64,000 bases of DNA, from the NCBI GenBank assembly GCA_963796685.1, contig CAWCMR010000005.1:224001-288000 (forward strand), in the 5' to 3' direction. The stretch's first letter is position 1; each line of letters begins with the position of its first letter. This DNA is from an uncultured delta proteobacterium (lineage in GTDB: Bacteria > Myxococcota_A > Polyangia > Fen-1088). Positions 10,201 through 19,094 of the stretch are shown here, piece after piece. The position numbers and the translations under genes were made by a program. The notes beneath the pieces were generated by a model. It saw only the letters and a program-made list of their open reading frames with translations, was not told where the DNA came from and searched no databases.

Positions 10201-13200
10201 TTTACCGTGCGTGTCGTCGTTATCGTGGAGCGGTCATACGTTGTATGGGTCGTCGTGGATTGCTCCTGGTTTCCCGGTGCGCCCGTCGCCGTGCCGTCGA
10301 GCACCCCGAGGTCCTGGATCACGGAGCTCACCCGCCCGAGCGAATCGTAGAGACTGATCGTTACGGGGGCCGCCGCCTCCACACTCAAATCGGACGATGT
10401 CGATAGGAACGGCTTTGTCGTCCAGAAAACGCGGCCAAAATTATCGTACAATGTCAGCGCCTTTACGTAGTGGTTGTCAAATGCGCGCGATAAGGTCATC
10501 GTAGTCCGTCCGAGCGCGTCCGTATAGGTCCAGGTGGGGCTTCCTGTGGGTGGCGTCGTGGCGGTTACGACCTTGATCGTGCCCGTAGCTGCGTCGGCAG
10601 GCGACAAGTGCTGGATTCTGGTCGTGATCTGGCCCGACGATCCGCAGCGACCGATCTCAAGGGTCTGACGACCAAGGCCGTCGTACACCTTGCACGTGCT
10701 GATACCGTTCGGTCCGGTCTGCTGCAACAACTTGCCGAACCGCCAGTCGTAGGCCGTCAGTTCGACATGGCCCGCAGCATTGGTCGTCTTGACCGGGTAG
10801 CGGCCAGCTCCATAGGAGAGGCTATCGAAGAGGCCCGTACCGGGCGGAACTGCAAAATCCACCGGATCGTAGCTGATCTGAGTGATCCGATAGGGCAGAT
10901 CGCTCGATCCCGTCGCGCCCGGATCTCCGCAGGACTCGAAATCACTCGCACAGATCGTCGTCCTGACCACGTTCCCGAACCGATCGTATGCGTAAGCGGT
11001 GTGCAGCTCGATGGGCGCTCCAGCCCCCGGCTCGACAGTGGTCTTGAGTAACCCGAGCGTTCCTACCATGACGCCCTCGTTCACGGGCGACGCGAACTGA
11101 TTCACCTGGCCATACTCGAACTTCGTTGTGTGCGTGATAGGTATGGCGAGGCAGTCCTGAGGATAAACCTTCTGGGTCGTTACAGTCGACAGAGTCACCT
11201 TCCCAAGCCGCTCCTCTGGGCTATCGGGATCGCCATAGGCATTCACGATCGTCTTCTGGTATACGTCTTCGCCACTCCCAGTCATCACCGTCGTCGTGAT
11301 CGGGTTTCCCTGCTTGTCGTGCGTGAACGTACTGCTGACTGAGACCGACGGAGCTAGCGACTGGCCCGAGCTTCCTCCTTGCCCATTGTTCAGGGTGGTC
11401 GAGGAAAGGAGGTATTTGTAGTCTATTACGGTCGTGGGGCGTACAAACCGCGTCCTGCCTGTGCTCGCGAATGGATCATCTCCCGTCGCCTGTGGCGTAC
11501 AGCTATTGCCCGTCCCAGGTATCGCATCGCAATACTCGGTAGTGGTCAGGGAGACCAATGCGAGTTCGTTTCGACTCGATGAATCGACGAGATAGCGCGT
11601 TACCTCTAACGGCATCCCAGTATAGGGGAAAGCCTGCAAGTATTGCGTCTTGGTCTCGATGCGCGTGCGGTGGCCGGCTGGCAAACTCCGATCCTCGGGC
11701 CCGGTCACGATGATAGTGCTGAAACCTTGTGGCCCGCGACCGGACGGGCTTGCGCGCAGGTCGCGGTACTCGTAGTCGGTGGTCGCAGTTCCGCCGATGC
11801 CGTCGTCCAGGGCAAGCGAGGCGACCACACGCAGCGGGGTTGTCATGAACGATGTGCCGGGCGCAGGCGGCGGTGGCTGCTGGTCGGACGTGGAGTCGTG
11901 GTAGGTCGGATGACCAGGGCGAGCGGCGTCGCTCTGCGCGTCGGCCGTGGTGATCACCTTGTAGGTTGGTACCGTCTTCCTCGCTAGGCCGTTCGGGAAG
12001 CCCACGATCACCGGCGACCGGAAGGCGTTCCGCCACGACATGGTTGTACTCGCGAGATCTGTCACACCGTCACCATCGAGATCGATGAACGTGGTGCTGA
12101 TATCGCCGGAGAGTCGATTGCCCTTGGGAACACGCGGAACCGGTGCCGGGATGGTGCCCTGCGAATCCTTCGTGCCCAGCGGATCCGTCCACGATGTGGA
12201 CCCGTCAAGGGTGATGAAGGTTTTCCCCGTGTTGAAGAAAACACGGCCTTGCTTGGGTCCCGGGTCCTCGGGAATACTATCAAGCGACATCTTGCGCTGA
12301 ACCAGATCCGCAAGGCCGTCACCGTTGATGTCGACGGGCATGAAGGCATGGTCTTCGACCCTGATGTTGATGTCGTTGCTCTGCGGCGTGAAGTACTGGA
12401 GGCGCTCGGCCCAGGATGACGCGTACTGTGCCGGCTCGTAGCCAGAGCCGGTCGCAAGCGCAATTCTCTCTATGAATGGGATCGACCACGTACCAACTGG
12501 ACACCCCGCCAAGTTCGGCTCTCCCTGCTGCCTACAGCCAAACTGAAGGACATCGTAGAGCCCGTCCCCGTCGAAGTCGGCCTTCGTCTCCATGCCATTG
12601 GGGTAATGGCCGGGGGACAATCCAAGGTCGAAGCTGACCCAGACCGTGCCGTTAGGAGAGACCTTGCCGGTATTTAGGTACGTCTTGCCCTCCGCCGGCG
12701 TGTGGTATTTGCCGACAAGATCGGGCAGGCCATCACGATTCACGTCGAGCAGATCGTAGTCGCTGATAGGAGTGACGCCGCCGTACCTGTCTGAGGCATC
12801 TTCCCACGGAGGGGAAGGGTTTGGCGGGAGCAGAACGCCCTTGTTGATGAGAACCTTCATCGAGCCTGTGGACATCGAGACGATATCAGCTCGGCCGTCT
12901 CCATCCATGTCGATGAGCGCACCATTGCCAGCAGTGAGTTGCACGTGGCTGGCCCAATCGGGCACGGACGGAACGAATGGTATGGCCTGCAACCACATCC
13001 CCTCAGTCCTGATTCGATTCAGCACGACAGTAGGCTGAGCAATTCCCTGGCCGCTGATGTGCATTGCGTCGAGCAAGCCATCGCCGTCCAGGTCCGCGAA
13101 AGCGGTGTTGCCCGGATTTGGATCGTCAACAGAATACCTCCAGACAATTCCCGGCAAGGTCCAGGGCCGTGGTGCCTGTTCGAAGGATGTGCCGGTGTTC

Positions 13201-16200
13201 CGCCATGCGTACGAAGCACTGTCGAGCTGCGCCGACACCAGGTCCAGCCTCCCATCGCCGTCGAGGTCCATAAACCACGTACCCGGAGTGAGAGCATGCG
13301 GCAGCGTGTACCCCGGAGCCTCCACCCAGTCATAGCCGCCACCGTCCCAATCGAAACTCAGCGGCTCGGCGCAGTCGCCTTCGTCAGGGCAGTAGGTGAT
13401 CGACTGTAAGCGGCTCGGGAGCATCTTATCATCTACCGTCGGTGTGGTCGCCGGCCGCCCGTAGTCGAGTTTGTAGACGCCGAGGTCAGTGATGATCCTC
13501 GTGAGCCTCCGATTCCGAGATAGGATCTCCGAAGAGAGCCGGGTAGTGCGGATGTCGGGACGGAGCTCGTACCCAAACTTGACGGACTGGAATGTCGGTA
13601 CCGCGGCGGCATCGTCGTCGGCGGCGGATCCCGGAAGACGCCCCGTGTACGAGATTTGGGACACAATGATGCCACTCGTGCGAAAGTCCTTCTGGTCATT
13701 GTTGTAATGAATCTCGTAGTAGTTGCCCCAGACGTCCACCACCTTCTGGAGCAGCCAGATCCCAGTCGTCCAGTATTGGGGATGGCCGCCCACCATCTGT
13801 ACCCGGGTGGTGTCGTCCTTGCCGTAGTACCTCGTCTCACCGCCCTTCGTGACTACGGTAAACATCGACTCCTCTGCGGATAACGAAGATAGTGTGATCT
13901 CACTGAAGTCGCCGAACTCGGGCTCGTAACGGCGCCCAGTGCCGTCCTGCTTCGCCCCGCGGTCGAACAGACGTTTGCCATCCAGGCAAATGCCGTCATC
14001 GGCGGGTGAGCTGCTCAGCGTCACCGGCTGGGCGAACCCGTCTTCGAAACGAGTCTTCGGGCAGCGATGGATCATCGACAAGCCAGTAAGGTCCCAGCCC
14101 TGACCCGCGATCCCATTTGCGCCCTGGCTCGAGTAGACGAGAGCCAGGTTCGGCACCATTCCGGCGATCCCAGGCGGTAGCGCAATCGGGACCTTGTACA
14201 TGGCGGCTCCGCTCGGGCTGACGGACAACTCGCCGTTCACTGTGCCGGGAAACGCCGAAAGCCCTGCAGTCGGGTCCGGTGCCTCACCAGTGCCGGTGCC
14301 GGTGCCAGTGCCCGTCGACGTGACCGTCGCCGTGCTCGTATCAGTGCTGGTGTCGGTCGTGGTCGCGGTGCCGGTGGCGGTGCTCGTGCTGGTGCTGGTG
14401 TCGGTACTTGTGCACGTACGGGGACCATTGCCCTTGCACACGCCGCTCTCGCAGATATCATCCGTCGTGCACGCGTTCCCATCGTCGCAACTCACGCCAT
14501 CGTCCTCGGTCGGGTTGTTGCAGAGGCCCGTGGTGGTATCGCATGTACCAACACCATGGCACTGGTCGGCCGCGGAGCACTGGATGGTGCGGCCGGCGTC
14601 GGGGACGCAGGAGCCGTTCTGGCAGGTATCGCCCCACGTGCAGGCGCTGCCGTCGGCGCACACGGTTCCGTTGTAGTACTTGGGGTTGGCGCAGTTGACG
14701 GAGCCGGCGCAGCCCATGCACTTGTAGACTTGGTCGGCGACCTCTTTGCTGGCATTGCCCCAGGTGTTGAGGCCGGGGCGGTTCACGCCGCACAAGTCGT
14801 CTGGGCCGCCGCAGGTCTCGGGGCTGCATCCGTGGGCTGCGTAACAGTCCAGATAGGCGCCGCAGCCGGCGCGGTCGCTCTGCACGCCTGCCTCGTAGGT
14901 GCAAAACTCTCCGCACTGGGTGTTGGCCCAGCCTTGCACGCAGGCGTTGGTGGCGGGGGCACTCACGCGAAAGTCGTCGGATTCGAAGGATGCCCCCACG
15001 CTGCCCACGCCTGCCGAGCCGCTGGTACACGAGCTATCCGTTTGGGTGAGAAGCTGCGTGCCGTTGACGAAGGCTTTCAGCGACGTGCCCTGCATGTCCA
15101 GCTTCACATCGTACCAGGTGCCGGCGCTGATGCCGCCAGGCACGGCCACCGGGGTGCCAAGGGTGCTACTGACGCCGGCGACGCGCTTGCCAATCAGCAC
15201 TTTCCCGTCTCCGCGCAGGCCGACGTAGTAGCCGCAGTCCGCGTTCCAGGTGGCGTCGTAGCGGCCCCACAGGGACACCAGCGCGCTGCTCGACGAAAAG
15301 CTGAGCGGCTTGAGGTTCGCCTCGACGGTCGAGTCCATCCACGCCACCCCGCCCTGGGCTTGCGAGATGTAGAGCTGAGACGCGGTGGCGTCGTTCTGGC
15401 GATAGGCCTTGCTGCCGTCGAGCACTACGCTGAAGTTCTGCGCTGCGCCCTGGCGCACGTTCCAAGCACTGCCGTTGCCGGTCTCGAAGTTGTCGCAGAA
15501 CGCCCACGTGCCCACACACGCATTGGTCAAGGTGACGGTGCCGGTCGCCGTCTGGGTGCCCGTCACCGTGGTCGGGACCGTCGTGGTCACCGTGTTGGTC
15601 ACCGTGCCGGTCGGGTGGTAGGTCCACGACTGCGTCCCATTCCCGGTGTTCGAGCCCGTTGCCGTGAGGGTCTTGGTGCCCGTGCCGGCGTAGGTGTGGG
15701 TGCCGACTCCCGTCGTGGGGTTGGTCGAGTTGGCGGTCACCGTGACCGTCACCGCCGGCATGCCCGTCGTGACTCCCGAGACGGTCACGCTGCCGGTGAC
15801 CGTCTTGGTCTCGGTCCCGTTGTAGGGGTTCGTGACGGTGTTCGTGGCGATGGTGCTCTTGGTGCCGGCGCTGATGCTGGTCGTGCTGGCGGTGGCGGTC
15901 TTGTTGTTCGTGGCCGTCGCGGTTCCGGTCCTGGTCCAAGAATAGTAGTAGACATACGCCGTATCCGTGGCCGTCGCCGTCGCCGAAACCGGATAGTAGT
16001 GGCTCGCGTCGGTCTGCACCGAGGTCAAGGTTCCGGTGCCAGTCACCGTCGTCGTCCCCGTCGCCGACTGCGTGTGGGTCGTGCTGATCGTGGTGGTGCC
16101 TGTGGCCGTGATGGTGGGGGGAACACCGGAATCGGGAGCGCCGCCGTCGGCGGGCGGCGTCTGGTCTTTGATTCGCGCTTCGCGCGAACCGGTTGCCAGG

Positions 16201-16343
16201 CCGGCCCCAGCCGACTCGGACATGGCGGGCGCTGGTGTGGTCCCGGTCGAATTGGGCTGCTCGCCTTGTTGGCCGCAGCCCCAGAAGGCTGTTGCCGCCA
16301 ACCAAACCAGAATAGAGTGCCGCGTTTGCCCGAATGTTTTCAT
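7296..16343 (-). CDS. Giant lipoprotein-anchored Rhs/YD toxin: lipobox, Thr-rich stalk, concanavalin/LamG-like domain, Cys-rich repeats, SpvB-like, FG-GAP repeats, YD repeats, Rhs core, C-terminal toxin
   Basis: WLAATAFWGC lipobox; GELSVSPSGAAMYKVPIALPPG...LALVYSSQGANGIAGQGW (SpvB-like); repeated DLDGDG; YD repeats; MNGRIYDPTVGRFLSPDP and NPLRYTDPTG Rhs core. Confidence 0.92.
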   Translation of the reverse strand: MKTFGQTRHSILVWLAATAFWGCGQQGEQPNSTGTTPAPAMSESAGAGLATGSREARIKDQTPPADGGAPDSGVPPTITATGTTTISTTHTQSATGTTTVTGTGTLTSVQTDASHYYPVSATATATDTAYVYYYSWTRTGTATATNNKTATASTTSISAGTKSTIATNTVTNPYNGTETKTVTGSVTVSGVTTGMPAVTVTVTANSTNPTTGVGTHTYAGTGTKTLTATGSNTGNGTQSWTYHPTGTVTNTVTTTVPTTVTGTQTATGTVTLTNACVGTWAFCDNFETGNGSAWNVRQGAAQNFSVVLDGSKAYRQNDATASQLYISQAQGGVAWMDSTVEANLKPLSFSSSSALVSLWGRYDATWNADCGYYVGLRGDGKVLIGKRVAGVSSTLGTPVAVPGGISAGTWYDVKLDMQGTSLKAFVNGTQLLTQTDSSCTSGSAGVGSVGASFESDDFRVSAPATNACVQGWANTQCGEFCTYEAGVQSDRAGCGAYLDCYAAHGCSPETCGGPDDLCGVNRPGLNTWGNASKEVADQVYKCMGCAGSVNCANPKYYNGTVCADGSACTWGDTCQNGSCVPDAGRTIQCSAADQCHGVGTCDTTTGLCNNPTEDDGVSCDDGNACTTDDICESGVCKGNGPRTCTSTDTSTSTSTATGTATTTDTSTDTSTATVTSTGTGTGTGTGEAPDPTAGLSAFPGTVNGELSVSPSGAAMYKVPIALPPGIAGMVPNLALVYSSQGANGIAGQGWDLTGLSMIHRCPKTRFEDGFAQPVTLSSSPADDGICLDGKRLFDRGAKQDGTGRRYEPEFGDFSEITLSSLSAEESMFTVVTKGGETRYYGKDDTTRVQMVGGHPQYWTTGIWLLQKVVDVWGNYYEIHYNNDQKDFRTSGIIVSQISYTGRLPGSAADDDAAAVPTFQSVKFGYELRPDIRTTRLSSEILSRNRRLTRIITDLGVYKLDYGRPATTPTVDDKMLPSRLQSITYCPDEGDCAEPLSFDWDGGGYDWVEAPGYTLPHALTPGTWFMDLDGDGRLDLVSAQLDSASYAWRNTGTSFEQAPRPWTLPGIVWRYSVDDPNPGNTAFADLDGDGLLDAMHISGQGIAQPTVVLNRIRTEGMWLQAIPFVPSVPDWASHVQLTAGNGALIDMDGDGRADIVSMSTGSMKVLINKGVLLPPNPSPPWEDASDRYGGVTPISDYDLLDVNRDGLPDLVGKYHTPAEGKTYLNTGKVSPNGTVWVSFDLGLSPGHYPNGMETKADFDGDGLYDVLQFGCRQQGEPNLAGCPVGTWSIPFIERIALATGSGYEPAQYASSWAERLQYFTPQSNDINIRVEDHAFMPVDINGDGLADLVQRKMSLDSIPEDPGPKQGRVFFNTGKTFITLDGSTSWTDPLGTKDSQGTIPAPVPRVPKGNRLSGDISTTFIDLDGDGVTDLASTTMSWRNAFRSPVIVGFPNGLARKTVPTYKVITTADAQSDAARPGHPTYHDSTSDQQPPPPAPGTSFMTTPLRVVASLALDDGIGGTATTDYEYRDLRASPSGRGPQGFSTIIVTGPEDRSLPAGHRTRIETKTQYLQAFPYTGMPLEVTRYLVDSSSRNELALVSLTTTEYCDAIPGTGNSCTPQATGDDPFASTGRTRFVRPTTVIDYKYLLSSTTLNNGQGGSSGQSLAPSVSVSSTFTHDKQGNPITTTVMTGSGEDVYQKTIVNAYGDPDSPEERLGKVTLSTVTTQKVYPQDCLAIPITHTTKFEYGQVNQFASPVNEGVMVGTLGLLKTTVEPGAGAPIELHTAYAYDRFGNVVRTTICASDFESCGDPGATGSSDLPYRITQISYDPVDFAVPPGTGLFDSLSYGAGRYPVKTTNAAGHVELTAYDWRFGKLLQQTGPNGISTCKVYDGLGRQTLEIGRCGSSGQITTRIQHLSPADAATGTIKVVTATTPPTGSPTWTYTDALGRTTMTLSRAFDNHYVKALTLYDNFGRVFWTTKPFLSTSSDLSVEAAAPVTISLYDSLGRVSSVIQDLGVLDGTATGAPGNQEQSTTTHTTYDRSTITTTRTVNGESRTRSETKNALGKISSVTDANGVTISFAYDADGNLAYTASPTDVCASDADTSNAVHITYDARGRKQATHDPDLGDWGYQYNSFSDLVVQTDGKVRPSYMTYDALGRVVQRDDDSGTARWIYDAAPHGIGKLAAMVSPSDSRLAGACQLEFAPAPGAGEKQAGRSYRYTGFGDVDEVTDCADGSTFRSTYGYDRFGRPILLRYPEAKGNRFAVKYVYTKAGYLHYVANDATGAVMWEATAMNAAGQVTDEVLGNGVETASVRNDATGWLLGRTSTAHADGDNVIQKWGYAFDEAGNLRARQRTDGANGLAASETFGYDSLDRLLSATVQVPAQGYDPESYTYDELGNLQTKAGRSYKYGTGCLAGARDAGPHAVCQIDDGPTYNYDANGNLLSVGDRTVEWNAANKATRLTSGTGSETKTADFIYGADGLRVVQAVGTGDGALGSSGNSTLSRTVYVGLGATGKSIYERKTRGATVEHSHFIYAGAAHGGSAFAIQVVTEDSSTPTTPKTEYHHFDHIGSVTAASDEHGHVTSAPADGPGASMIGYDPWGAIRSPSGQVADPPTFASPAGNRGFTDQETIPSLGLVNMNGRIYDPTVGRFLSPDPNVQFASDLQSYNRYSYAADNPLRYTDPTGFNFWSDQLEGLAGVGQIFGPLIVLTVCIGTSGAGCTYAAMALAAVTTSAAIESGAPWDSTIAASAFAFGTGYAFGNFGAEIGGGNPIGQLLGGTIAGGLAAAVMTPITGGSLGDNVVIGAANGMVAAALSMAFSHTNPVDQATQQGGGGGGGDLSEVLAPDDEAGMSLGKLRRPDIACAMDNCFPDYAMQRTPEYQSGLLRGAAVGAAVDLVGIAGVAAAPGLLEGLGLTAPEVGLVGGSTGAVVAANSDRLVLVSRWGSEGLKAGDWVMTGGKTAVNYVLSGKWQPGMGNMFAPFSSGQSYTVPLSSLQMPQEFVLTDWFKAMLGQRMYFP

Positions 16344-16382
16344 GGAGCCTCTCGTTGGGGTCTCGATGTCGGCCGGTCATTC

Positions 16383-16398
16383 AGCAAAATTGGTGCCA
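16383..16398 (-). promoter_or_regulatory. Sigma54 (-24/-12) promoter upstream of the Rhs gene
   Basis: Minus strand reads TGGCACCAATTTTGCT, matching TGGCAC-N5-TTGCW with exact spacing, about 40 bp upstream of the Rhs ATG. Confidence 0.75.
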
Positions 16399-16530
16399 CG
16401 GGTCATGCGCGTGCTCGCCGATATGATTTCAAATAGTTGCGCCCGGCCTGCCTCGCATTCGGTCGACCTGGAAAGCGGCAGTCATACGTTCCCAGGGTGT
16501 CGAGTCATATGACAGAGAGGAGGTGCCGGC

Positions 16531-16713
16531 TCACGCAGTGCCGACGTGCCGGCACCTTTCCTTCCCGGTGAGCAGCACCACGTCGAGCCGTTGAACGCGA
16601 AACGCATCGACCCCGAATTTGGCGAGGCCCCACGCAATCGCGTCCTCTGGGACGATGAAGAGCGCTGCCGGCTGCCCGCTCTGGTCCGGTACGATGGCGT
16701 AAAGGCGCATCAT
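16531..16713 (-). CDS. Small hypothetical protein (60 aa)
   Basis: AGAGGAGA RBS 7 nt before ATG; globular-looking sequence (LYAIVPD...PAALF...AIAWGLAKFG.DAFRVQ). Confidence 0.65.
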   Translation of the reverse strand: MMRLYAIVPDQSGQPAALFIVPEDAIAWGLAKFGVDAFRVQRLDVVLLTGKERCRHVGTA

Positions 16714-16940
16714 GATGTGTTCTCCTCTGCTGATTTTTCCCAGGTGGTTGCGTCAGCAAGCAAAGCAATGCCCGAGCCCAACGCGGCTGCCCACGCACCG
16801 GCGCGAGGCGCGCGCTCAGTCCTGAATCGCAGGCGGTCTGAACGTACCCAGGCGGCGGCACACGGCTGGCCCGTCGTCGAGTCCTATGACTCGCCCCGAA
16901 CAGAGGCCGAGTCATAGTGGCCAGGGGGCGTCGATAGTGT

Positions 16941-17035
16941 TCGGTCACGGCCTCGGCCACGGGACGGCTACGACCAAGGCGACAGGAGTCGTGGCCGTGG
17001 TCGTGGCCGTGGCCGACCTTCGTCGTCACGGCCAA
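16941..17035. repeat. CACGGC/GCCGTG-type hexamer repeat tract upstream of the four-helix-bundle gene
   Basis: CCACGGGACGGCTACGACCAAGGCGAC followed by GTCGTGGCCGTGGTCGTGGCCGTGGCCG (opposite orientations). Confidence 0.7.
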
Positions 17036-17069
17036 GCAACTTTTTCCTTTGTCTCGCCGAAACTCATAC

Positions 17070-17423
17070 ATGTTCGGCTTCCAGAAACTCGATGTGTATC
17101 GTTGCGCGGTGACCTTCCTCGGCGTGTCTTCCTCGCTCGCCGAGCGGGTTCCGCGCGGTCATGGTGACCTTGCAGACCAGCTTCGTCGGGCCGCGCTCTC
17201 GGTTCCGCTCAACGTGGCCGAGGGAAGCGGCAAGGGCACGATGAAGGACCGTGATGCCCGCCGGTTCTATGCCATCGCAAGGGGCTCGGCCCTCGAGTGT
17301 GCGGCCATCGTGGACGCCCTGGAGACTTTGCGATTCGTGCCGGCCGACGAGGCAGATCGAACGCGCGAGCTGCTGGAACGCATCGTCTCGATGCTCACGC
17401 GCATGGCTGGGATCAGGGAGTAA
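17070..17423 (+). CDS. Four-helix-bundle protein (23S rRNA intervening-sequence protein / Avd-like family)
   Basis: FQKLDVY...LADQLRRAALSVPLNVAEGSG...FYAIARGSALEC family signature. Confidence 0.9.
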   Translation: MFGFQKLDVYRCAVTFLGVSSSLAERVPRGHGDLADQLRRAALSVPLNVAEGSGKGTMKDRDARRFYAIARGSALECAAIVDALETLRFVPADEADRTRELLERIVSMLTRMAGIRE

Positions 17424-17435
17424 CGTCAAAAGTGT

Positions 17436-17636
17436 CCGGCCACGGCCACGGGACGGCGGCGACCAAGGCGACCTGCGCGCGCGGCAGGACGTAGGCTGGA
17501 GCGTAGTCGTGGTAGTCAAGAATGTCCGGCCACGGCCACGGGGACGTCTACGACCACGGCGACCTTCGGGGCCGAAGGCAAGGGTCGTGGCCATGGTCGT
17601 GGCCGTGGTCGTCACCGTGGCCGTAGTCGTGGCCGG
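17436..17636. repeat. Hexamer repeat tract and two about 40-bp direct repeats downstream of the four-helix-bundle gene
   Basis: TGTCCGGCCACGGCCACGGG...CGACCA(A/C)GGCGACCT at about 17433 and 17523, then an inverted GTCGTGGCC... tract at 17584-17635. Confidence 0.7.
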
Positions 17637-17684
17637 AGCTCATCCTCTCCGTCCGCGACCACATTGGGTTACAATCCTTGCCTC

Positions 17685-19067
<1,383 letters not shown>

Positions 19068-19094
19068 GCACCATCTGCACGGGGTCCGTCGACG

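Noticed and set aside
14556-16436. Long + strand ORFs opposite the Rhs, kinase and primase genes (also 2467-4389)
   Set aside because: Antisense shadows caused by GC-biased codon usage of the real genes.
16941-17636. Possible CRISPR array or DGR
   Set aside because: Repeats are low-complexity with no regular unique spacers; no cas genes, reverse transcriptase or TR/VR pair in the window.
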